The notes under the pieces are model-generated. The model had not been told where the DNA came from. It made no database searches and saw only the letters and a program-made list of their open reading frames with translations. Below, in pieces: positions 25,991 through 32,000 of a DNA stretch of 32,000 bases. The stretch covers positions 180,001-212,000 of the forward strand of contig NC_010482.1 of the NCBI RefSeq assembly GCF_000019605.1, written 5' to 3'. Position 1 is the first letter of the stretch. Each line of letters opens with the position of its first letter. Both the position numbers and the translations under genes were made by a program. The stretch is from Candidatus Korarchaeum cryptofilum OPF8 (GTDB taxonomy: Archaea; Korarchaeota; Korarchaeia; Korarchaeales; Korarchaeaceae).

Positions 25991-27099
25991 GATACCACCA
26001 TTTGCCTCATTAGCTCCATCATAGCTCGGAGCGTTGCCCGAGGTTTCATGAGGATCAGCTTAAGAACTTTAGCCTTGGGTACCCTGCTGAGTGGGGAAGT
26101 TTGCCTATCTGTCTCGAAACTTTCCTGAATAATATCCTCGAAATCCCTCAAAAATAGGAAAATATTATCCAGATCTCTGGAGGATAGACTCTCCAAGTAC
26201 CTCCTCGCGGCCATCCCTAAAGCTACCTCTCTACCGTTGATCTCCCACCATCTCCTCCCATAGGAGCTGAGCCCGCTCAATCCGCCTCGCTCAAATTCCT
26301 CAGCCAGGATCTTAGCAGCTCTGACGGCGAAAAGAACGCCTCCTCTACTTAACGGCTTGACCTGACCAGCCGCATCCCCCACTAAAGCGAAATTCCCACC
26401 ATAAAACCTTTTTCTAGGTCTTCTCGGTATTAGATTACCCTCAATTTTCCCTATAGGGGATTTACAACTTCCTATGACCTCCATTATCTCTCCAAATTCA
26501 CCTATAGCCCCTACTTTCACGCAATCTCCCCAGGGCTGTATCCAGGAGAAATTGCTCCCCCTCAGAATCCTGACCGCGTACTCATCCCCTATCCTCCCCT
26601 CGCACCTCCTCTGCAATCCTAACTCGGTTTCCAATCTCCTCAGTCCGAAGGCCCTAGCTACAGATGAGAGTGATCCGTCCGCTCCGACTATAAGATCGAA
26701 AGATATCGTGTCTCCCTTCACAATGGCCTCATTCCTAGATTTCAGCCCCTTGAATGGCGTCGATAACATACCCCTAGCTCCGGAGCTAAGGGCATGCTCC
26801 CACGTCTCCAGATCCATCATGGACCTATCCACGACCTTCGCGAGGGGTTTGTCTATTCCGATCTTTAAGCCTCCAGGGGAGATGAAAGTAGCGTGATTTA
26901 TCTCGGATAGGACCCAATCCTCAGAAAAAGTTACGAGCTCCCTTATCGCATCGAACCCCAGGATGCCGGAGCAGTGATGGGGATAGCCCACCCTCGGCCT
27001 CCTCTCAACTATAGTAACATCGAAGCCCCTGGAGGATAGGATGGAGGCGAGAGTGGAGCCAGCTATACCGCCTCCTACCACTAGAACATCCGTCCTCAA
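25984..27099 (-). CDS. Geranylgeranyl reductase family FAD-dependent oxidoreductase (paralog, substrate unknown)
   Basis: TTG start immediately before the DVLVVGGGIAGS dinucleotide-binding motif. GADGSLSSVAR and ALVGDAAGQVKP motifs are present. It is translationally coupled (TTGA) to the upstream small Trx-fold gene. Confidence 0.8.
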   Translation of the reverse strand: MRTDVLVVGGGIAGSTLASILSSRGFDVTIVERRPRVGYPHHCSGILGFDAIRELVTFSEDWVLSEINHATFISPGGLKIGIDKPLAKVVDRSMMDLETWEHALSSGARGMLSTPFKGLKSRNEAIVKGDTISFDLIVGADGSLSSVARAFGLRRLETELGLQRRCEGRIGDEYAVRILRGSNFSWIQPWGDCVKVGAIGEFGEIMEVIGSCKSPIGKIEGNLIPRRPRKRFYGGNFALVGDAAGQVKPLSRGGVLFAVRAAKILAEEFERGGLSGLSSYGRRWWEINGREVALGMAARRYLESLSSRDLDNIFLFLRDFEDIIQESFETDRQTSPLSRVPKAKVLKLILMKPRATLRAMMELMRQMVVSW

Positions 27100-27368
27100 A
27101 CGAGATCTCCCAGGAGGGAATCGAGGTCCTCAGGGATCTTACCCTGAGAAATCAGCCTACCGTTAGAGATTAGAGCGGGCAACCTCTTTACATTTAGATC
27201 TATTATGATGCTCAAGCCCTCATCCTCTAGAGCTGAGACCTCCCTTATGGAGTAGCCCCTCTCACGCGCCCACTTCCTCAACTTCATCGAAGCCTCTAAT
27301 GATTCCTCACATATAGGTGAGACCAGAATTATAAGCTCCTTTCCTTTTTCCTCAATCTCGCTCTCCAA
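27096..27368 (-). CDS. Small thioredoxin/glutaredoxin-fold protein with a monothiol CxxS site
   Basis: LIILVSPICEESLEA aligns with the SPTCPYCPxA region of small archaeal Trx-like proteins, with CEES at 27300-27311 replacing CxxC. LPALISNG matches the cis-Pro region. Confidence 0.55.
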   Translation of the reverse strand: MESEIEEKGKELIILVSPICEESLEASMKLRKWARERGYSIREVSALEDEGLSIIIDLNVKRLPALISNGRLISQGKIPEDLDSLLGDLV

Positions 27369-28084
27369 TTCGGATCACCTAAGGAGTATGTGTAAGGCCT
27401 GGTCTTATTGTTCTTGATTATGAGCCCCTCCTCGATGAGCTCCTTTATATACTTCCTCACAGTCACCTCGCTGAGATTGAGCTTGCTAGCTATCTCTACC
27501 GGCTTCAGGGATTTTCCATCCCTCTCCAAGAGCTCAAGTATCTTGTACTTCCCCGTCACTATAACATCGAGGGATTCAGTGGACTCCGCCCTCTCCTTAT
27601 AGAGATCCCTCTCAGCTTTGGCCTTAGCTATCTCCTCCAATAACTCCCTGTAGAAGAGCTCACAACTCTTAATCAAGTTCTCTCCAGAATTTCCGAGTTC
27701 AGGGGTCCATTTCAGATAATTGTGAATATCGTTAGAGGTCTTCCTGATCACCATCGTATATACGGAGTCGAGTAGATCCCCAAGGAAGTTCAGAATACTC
27801 TCTATCTCACTATCATCCAGCTCCCTCAAGTTCCCGGAGCTTATCAGGAACTTTATATCCTCGGAGAAATGGTTCAAAATTTCCTGCTTCTGGCTCGCGA
27901 AGAGCTCGGATAGGCCATCGGAGAGGAGCCTGGGGACCTCCTTAATAGCTTCAGCCATCCTCTTGTAGGAGGTGGAGAGCTTATGAAAAGGGGACTCCTC
28001 ATATGGGTATAACTTATTCAGATAATTTAGATGCTCCTGAAATTTAACCTGAATTTTATCTGAGATAAGCGTCTTACTTTCCAT
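27329..28084 (-). CDS. Putative transcriptional regulator with a novel helical N-terminal domain and a C-terminal winged HTH
   Basis: The C-terminus KILELLERDGKSLKPVEIASKLNLSEVTVRKYIKELIEEGLI is a wHTH. The N-terminal 170 aa or so have no family I recognise. ATG 28084 is preceded by GGGGGAAAGAGGA (the ORF is open from TTG 28111). A TATA-like ATTATATAAT lies at about 28136-28146. Confidence 0.6.
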   Translation of the reverse strand: MESKTLISDKIQVKFQEHLNYLNKLYPYEESPFHKLSTSYKRMAEAIKEVPRLLSDGLSELFASQKQEILNHFSEDIKFLISSGNLRELDDSEIESILNFLGDLLDSVYTMVIRKTSNDIHNYLKWTPELGNSGENLIKSCELFYRELLEEIAKAKAERDLYKERAESTESLDVIVTGKYKILELLERDGKSLKPVEIASKLNLSEVTVRKYIKELIEEGLIIKNNKTRPYTYSLGDPNWRARLRKKERSL

Positions 28085-28160
28085 TCCTCTTTCCCCCTTT
28101 AGAGGTCCCAAGTATCCTCTAATCTAGCTGGCCCCGATTATATAATTTTGTCTGGTCATT

Positions 28161-28955
28161 TCATTTAACTAACATAGGTTTTACGAAAAAATCGATCCTA
28201 ATCTTGTCCACCCTCGGAGCATAGCTTGAGACAACCCTGAAGCCAATTGACTTGGCTTCGAGCCCGAAACTCGCAGCTTCCCTCTTGAATAAGGATTCGG
28301 CTTGCTTTAGGGCATCCTCCCCACCCCAATAGTAGAAATGGACGTAACCTCCCCCCTCCTTGAGCGAGATGAGCGCTTCCCTTATGAAACGGTAAGCACC
28401 CAGGGGCAGGGGCATCACGACCCTATCGAACCTCCCTCTCATAGCTGGAGCTAAATAAGAGACATCTCCTTCTATCGGGAAGATCTTATGGCTCAATCCA
28501 TTGATCTTTATATTCTCCTGGAAGTACCTGACAGCAATACTGTTTATCTCCACTCCCACTATCTGGACGGATTTCCTCCTAGCTATCGCTATAGCGTAAG
28601 GCCCAACGCCGGCGAACATCAGGAATATGAGCTCCCCATCCTCAACTAAATCTGAGAGCAGCTGCCTCTCAGTGGCCTCCCTAGGGGAGAAGTAAACGAG
28701 CTTGGGGTCGAGTTTAAGCTTGTATCCATGCTCCTTATGTATTACTTCCGTATCCTGGGATCCAGCTATGAGTTCGAGGGGCCTCGTCCTGTAATCGCCC
28801 TCCCTACCTCCGGCCTTCCTCAGGACGGACTTCACGTGTGGATGCCTCCTCAATATCTCCTCCGCTACCTTCAGCGGATCCATCCCTTCCGGGACATCCA
28901 CTATAGCGACAGCCCCGGTTTCCCTAGATCCTATGAGATCGTATGCGATCCTCAA
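28161..28955 (-). CDS. Met-10+/Trm5-Taw2 family SAM-dependent tRNA position-37 modifying enzyme (m1G37 methyltransferase or wyosine acp-transferase), short form lacking the D1 domain
   Basis: YDLIGSRETGAVAIV N-terminus, the FAGVGPYAI SAM-binding motif and the NxxP-like region. The 264-aa length resembles Taw2/Trm5a-short forms. The TTG start overlaps the tatD stop (TTGA). Confidence 0.75.
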   Translation of the reverse strand: MRIAYDLIGSRETGAVAIVDVPEGMDPLKVAEEILRRHPHVKSVLRKAGGREGDYRTRPLELIAGSQDTEVIHKEHGYKLKLDPKLVYFSPREATERQLLSDLVEDGELIFLMFAGVGPYAIAIARRKSVQIVGVEINSIAVRYFQENIKINGLSHKIFPIEGDVSYLAPAMRGRFDRVVMPLPLGAYRFIREALISLKEGGGYVHFYYWGGEDALKQAESLFKREAASFGLEAKSIGFRVVSSYAPRVDKIRIDFFVKPMLVK

Positions 28956-29707
28956 ATACCATACACCCTCTTAGCGTTACTCGTAGTTATATCCGAGAGC
29001 TCCTCGGGGCTGCAGCCCTTGAGCTTCGATAAGAAATCGACTGATCGTAATATATTTGAGGGCTCGTTCCTCCCCCCATCAGGGGCTAAGACCGGGGAGT
29101 CCGACTCCAGAACCATACTCTCCAAAGGAGTCGCTTCAGCTACCGATCTGACATTAGAAGATCTGACAACATTCGTAGGTATGCTTATGAAGAATCCCTT
29201 GCTGACAGCGAATTTAACATCACTTTCCTTCCCACCGAATGCATGTAAGATTACTCTAGTGGATCCTTCCTCATCCAGGATCCTGAGGACGGGCCTCTGA
29301 GCCCACAGACTGTGCACCACTAGCGGTTTATCCAACTCCTCGGAAAGCCTTATGAACCTCCTGAACACTTCCTTCTGCCTCTCCTTTCCCGGTCCTCCCG
29401 TTGAGGCGACCCTATAGTCAAGGCCTACTTCACCTATCGCTACTATCTCGTCCCTATTCTCCAGTATGAGCTCAATAGTCCCCTCTATCTCCCCATCATC
29501 CCCGTAATAGCTCACATCGAGACCTATGGATATCTTGACGAGCTCATTCCCCGAGAAGAGGGAAAGAGCTTTGATGGAGTCCTCCCTGTCCAGTGGAGAC
29601 GTCACGATCCCCACTATACCAGATTTCCTAGCCCTCTCCAGCACTTCATCCCTGTCCTCATCGAATGATTCATCCTCTAGATGACAATGGACATCGAAGA
29701 GCCTCAT
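28952..29707 (-). CDS. tatD: TatD-family metal-dependent hydrolase/DNase
   Basis: FDVHCHL N-terminus, GEVGLDY, VVHS, HAFGG and ESDSP motifs of the TIM-barrel TatD family. Confidence 0.85.
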   Translation of the reverse strand: MRLFDVHCHLEDESFDEDRDEVLERARKSGIVGIVTSPLDREDSIKALSLFSGNELVKISIGLDVSYYGDDGEIEGTIELILENRDEIVAIGEVGLDYRVASTGGPGKERQKEVFRRFIRLSEELDKPLVVHSLWAQRPVLRILDEEGSTRVILHAFGGKESDVKFAVSKGFFISIPTNVVRSSNVRSVAEATPLESMVLESDSPVLAPDGGRNEPSNILRSVDFLSKLKGCSPEELSDITTSNAKRVYGI

Positions 29708-30579
29708 CTCAAACCCCCTATCGATTCCTTAAGCCTACAGAAGGCGCATATCTTCCCGGATGTCGGGTATCCGCACCTTTCACATAAATTCACCTTTCTT
29801 TGGGGATGCTCAGCCATTCTCACGAGCTCCCTTATACTACTGACGAAGTTAACTAGAGAGGGGGGCCATTTCTTCCTTATCTCGTAAAGTATAGGCTTGA
29901 TTATCGCCTGCTTATCCAGGCCATCGGGGCACTTAGTACTGCATCTAGGCAGTCCCTTCAGCTTGACGTAACTCAGAGAATCGGAATCGCTCAACCAGAA
30001 GAGAGGCTTTACCTTCCCAGCCATCCTCAACTCAGGAACGGGCTCCGTCACTGAGTCATATTGATATAGGAGGTAATCTAAGGAGTGCTTTATCAGATTG
30101 TTCAAGCCGAAGTACGCCATGTCATCCAGGTTATGACCAGTGGCGACGTAATCGTATCCCCTCTCGACCGCGTATCTATTCAGTAAGTACCTATTGACGA
30201 CCCCGCAAACGAAGCAAGCGAGCTTGGGATCTCTGGGGATCTCTATCCCCCAATCCCTCAAGCTCAGGACCTCCCCTTCGAAGCCCAGCATATCCTTCAG
30301 CTCATTGAAGACTCTCAAGCACTCATCCGAACCCGTATCTATCATTACGGCCCCTATCCTGAATCCATATTTCTCCTTGAGGAGGTCTGTTGAGTGTATC
30401 GCAGCAATAGAGTCCTTCCCACCGGATATCCCGAATAAAAGAGAACTGCCTCTCCTGACCCTCCTAAGCACTCTATCGACTCTCTTAAGGAAATATCTCT
30501 CGAAATGCTCCTCGCAGACCCAGGAGCCAAGATTTTCCACGTATATCTCTGCCTCCTTATTGCAGTAAGCACATCTCAT
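29704..30579 (-). CDS. PP-loop ATPase of the TtuA/NcsA (Ncs6/Ctu1) family, a tRNA 2-thiolation enzyme with terminal zinc fingers
   Basis: N-terminal CxxC...CxxH, PP-loop ISGGKDS, central CFVCG plus PRCSTKCP (candidate Fe-S ligands), and C-terminal CERCG...CAFC. Confidence 0.8.
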   Translation of the reverse strand: MRCAYCNKEAEIYVENLGSWVCEEHFERYFLKRVDRVLRRVRRGSSLLFGISGGKDSIAAIHSTDLLKEKYGFRIGAVMIDTGSDECLRVFNELKDMLGFEGEVLSLRDWGIEIPRDPKLACFVCGVVNRYLLNRYAVERGYDYVATGHNLDDMAYFGLNNLIKHSLDYLLYQYDSVTEPVPELRMAGKVKPLFWLSDSDSLSYVKLKGLPRCSTKCPDGLDKQAIIKPILYEIRKKWPPSLVNFVSSIRELVRMAEHPQRKVNLCERCGYPTSGKICAFCRLKESIGGLR

Positions 30580-30639
30580 TTCCTTTCCCTCTTTTCAGGA
30601 TTCCGGACGACATAAATTTATAGGGGGACCCCCTTTAAC

Positions 30640-30648
30640 TTTATATAA
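30640..30648 (+). promoter_or_regulatory. TATA box (TTTATATAA) of the tRNA-Trp gene
   Basis: The centre lies 26 nt upstream of tRNA nucleotide +1 (30670). Confidence 0.65.
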
Positions 30649-30689
30649 TCTCCACGCGGGATCTGATGAGGGGCCGTGGCCCAGCCTGG

Positions 30690-30726
30690 CGTCCCCCTAT
30701 GATATAGGGGTCATGCCCTGGAAAGG
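30690..30726 (+). other. Putative non-canonical tRNA intron in the D-loop (about 37 nt, boundaries approximate)
   Basis: This insertion sits between D-loop AGCCTGG and TA-GGGC. It contains a perfect 7-bp hairpin CCCCTAT-GAT-ATAGGGG (30694-30710). I could not draw an exact bulge-helix-bulge. Confidence 0.6.
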
Positions 30727-30744
30727 TAGGGCGGCGGGCTCCAG

Positions 30745-30766
30745 TCCCTGGAGCATTGAGGGGGAC
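30745..30766 (+). other. Putative canonical (37/38) tRNA intron, about 22 nt
   Basis: Removing it restores the 7-nt loop CUCCAGA. The 3' intron GGGG (30761-64) can pair with CUCC (nt 32-35), leaving 3-nt bulges AG^U and AC^A, which is BHB-like. Intron CTGGAG (30748-53) is also complementary to CTCCAG. Confidence 0.65.
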
Positions 30767-30864
30767 ACCCGTAAGACGTGGGTTCGAGTCCCACCGGCCC
30801 CACCACCCCATGAGGGGGAGTGGTTCCGACGAACATCGCTGTCATAAAGTCGAGAGACCCCAGA

Positions 30865-32000
30865 GTGAGGGAAGCGATCAGGTATACTTTGAACTCTCTC
30901 GGGCTCTTCTGGGAGGAGGTGCATGAGCCCGACCCGATAAAGCACATGGTCTCAATATTCCCGGAGGAATCAGAATTTGTACCGGTCGTTACGCCCTCTA
31001 TATTCATAGGGAGTACGGCATTAGCTTATTTCGGTGGAGATAAGGTTGAGGGTAAGAGATCTCCCCCAATGCCCTCCGGATTTCTTGAGTTAAATAAGGA
31101 GAAGTCTCCTTTCTTCGGATCAAAATACAGTTTCGATTGTGAGAGGCTTTCGAGGACCAATCCGATCTTCAGGAAGGATGGGAGTATATTGGTAGGTTAC
31201 GATCTCTTCAAGACCGTAGCTTACTTCTTGATGGGAGCTGAACTATCTCTGGGGATGAAGCAAGTGAAGACCCCGGACAATAGGATAAATCTGGCAGCGA
31301 TATCTGAGATAAGGGGAGTTGAAGCAAGGGTACCTGCGGCTGATCTTCATGCTAGGCTCCTCCTCAGCCTCATACTCATGCTCCATAAGTCTGAAGGCCT
31401 TCCCCTAGTGCTCAAGAGGGCATCCCCTCCCGGGAGGAGAGGGGCTTTAGCTATCTCAGTGCCCGTTCAGAGGATAGGGAGGAGCAGATCCCTCATAGGG
31501 AAGCTCAAAAATCTCCTGAGAAAGAGGGAGATTTGGATAGAAAAAATAAGCAAAATACAAGAATCTATAACATTTTTTGCAGGAAGGGGTGAGGATTACA
31601 GTCCATCTGGCATAGGGGAGAGCCTGCTCGCTCTGGAGGAGAACGGTCATGAAGTGGGCCTTCTAGCATCCCCTAAAGCATCTGTGAGTCATGAAGCCAT
31701 ACTAGATGAGTATAGGGAACTAGCTGAGATCTTGAAGAGGGGGGATCTCGGAATAAGGTTCAGGAGCATTGAATCGACGATAAATGAAGCTTTTGAATCG
31801 GCTATGTTCGTTAAGGCCAAATATACGATAGTTGGTGAGATATATCAGGGCTTCGGATATCCCCTGGGGGTCTCGAGGCCCCTCAAGGTAGGATCCATTT
31901 GGAGCATCCCCACCTTGGGGAGGGTGAGGAGGGAGAGGGCAGCTGATGTCATGGAGGAAATAGCTAAGAGGGGGAGCTTCGTCAGCTTGGATGCTATGAC
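30865..32000 (+). CDS. Hypothetical protein, 3'-truncated by the window edge, with weak resemblance to the polysaccharide-deacetylase superfamily
   Basis: This frame is open from 30814 to 32000 (378 or more codons, no stop; not in the supplied track because it has no stop). Candidate starts are GTG 30820, GTG 30865 and ATG 30946. GHEVGLLAS resembles the GHE(I/V)G(S/L)H motif but lacks the His, and no DD motif is seen. Confidence 0.6.
   Translation, partial: MREAIRYTLNSLGLFWEEVHEPDPIKHMVSIFPEESEFVPVVTPSIFIGSTALAYFGGDKVEGKRSPPMPSGFLELNKEKSPFFGSKYSFDCERLSRTNPIFRKDGSILVGYDLFKTVAYFLMGAELSLGMKQVKTPDNRINLAAISEIRGVEARVPAADLHARLLLSLILMLHKSEGLPLVLKRASPPGRRGALAISVPVQRIGRSRSLIGKLKNLLRKREIWIEKISKIQESITFFAGRGEDYSPSGIGESLLALEENGHEVGLLASPKASVSHEAILDEYRELAEILKRGDLGIRFRSIESTINEAFESAMFVKAKYTIVGEIYQGFGYPLGVSRPLKVGSIWSIPTLGRVRRERAADVMEEIAKRGSFVSLDAM

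Larger units (their letters stand above)
30670..30805 (+). tRNA. tRNA-Trp (anticodon CCA at 30741-30743) interrupted by two introns, with an encoded 3' CCA
   Basis: Hand fold: acceptor GGGGCCG (30670-76) with CGGCCCC (30795-801). D stem GCCC (30679-82) with GGGC (30729-32). Anticodon stem GCGGG (30734-38) with CCCGT (30768-72). Loop CTCCAG^A. T arm GTGGG-TTCGAGT-CCCAC (30778-94). Discriminator A at 30802 and CCA at 30803-05. TATA box 26 nt upstream. Confidence 0.85.

Noticed and set aside
28728-29300. 190-aa plus-strand ORF.
   Set aside because: It is antisense across the trm5-like/tatD junction, both of which have clear family motifs. It has no motifs of its own and is a shadow ORF.
30623-30633. 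GGGGGACCCCC near-palindrome in the ttuA-like/tRNA spacer.
   Set aside because: It cannot form a viable hairpin because the loop would be a single nucleotide. The site is short and isolated, so it is probably incidental.
30664-30669. TGATGA (box C-like) immediately 5' of the tRNA, hinting at a box C/D guide as in euryarchaeal pre-tRNA-Trp.
   Set aside because: There is no CTGA D box or C'/D' pair at a suitable distance in the leader, introns or trailer. The introns (about 37 and 22 nt) are too short to hold a C/D RNP.
30697-31007. Two minus-strand ORFs of 82 and 98 aa.
   Set aside because: They overlap the tRNA-Trp gene and the 5' part of the long plus-strand ORF. Their Gly/Pro-rich translation reflects the tRNA stems.
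1-32000. I searched for CRISPR arrays, long direct or inverted repeats, transposases, integrases, toxin-antitoxin pairs and known defence genes.
   Set aside because: No regularly spaced repeats of 24-40 nt and no recombinase, transposase or Cas-like ORFs were seen. Gene content is housekeeping and tightly packed, so I do not claim a mobile or defence island.

Overview
This is a gene-dense (about 90% coding) chromosomal segment from an archaeon. Supporting signs are A/T-rich TATA-like boxes about 26 nt upstream of many starts, many apparently leaderless genes, and heavy AGG/AGA Arg and ATA Ile codon use. TTG/GTG starts and 4-nt ATGA/GTGA/TTGA stop-start overlaps are frequent. A two-intron tRNA and a candidate di-myo-inositol-phosphate synthase suggest a hyperthermophile, possibly Thermoproteota- or Korarchaeota-like, but that is inference I cannot confirm without a database search. 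I support 33 full CDSs, two edge-truncated CDSs and one tRNA. The CDSs include a divergent metal ABC uptake locus, an IPCT/DIPPS-like fusion, a V4R-wHTH regulator next to a ferritin-like/VIT1 iron transporter, and a leuA-leuC-leuD-leuB operon. They also include Cdc48/VCP, a MetF-like/MtrH-like pair, a flavodiiron protein coupled to the ADP-forming acetyl-CoA synthetase alpha subunit, and a Dol-P-sugar synthase plus PMT-like GT-C pair. A tightly packed 10-gene minus-strand array runs from 30579 to 23668 (TtuA-like, TatD, Trm5/Taw2-like, HTH, monothiol Trx-fold, GGR paralog, rhomboid, archaemetzincin, HAD, DUF123). I see no CRISPR array, transposase, integrase, long repeats or recognisable defence island, so the window looks like core genome and I found no convincing new multi-gene system. 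The best second-look items are the doubly interrupted tRNA-Trp, the MetF-like/MtrH-like pair with a tandem upstream repeat, the C-terminally extended IPCT/DIPPS, the HTH/CxxS-Trx/GGR module, the Dpm1-GtrA/PMT-like pair, and a symmetric bidirectional leaderless promoter in the metal ABC locus. All family calls come from motif recognition by eye, not from searches.
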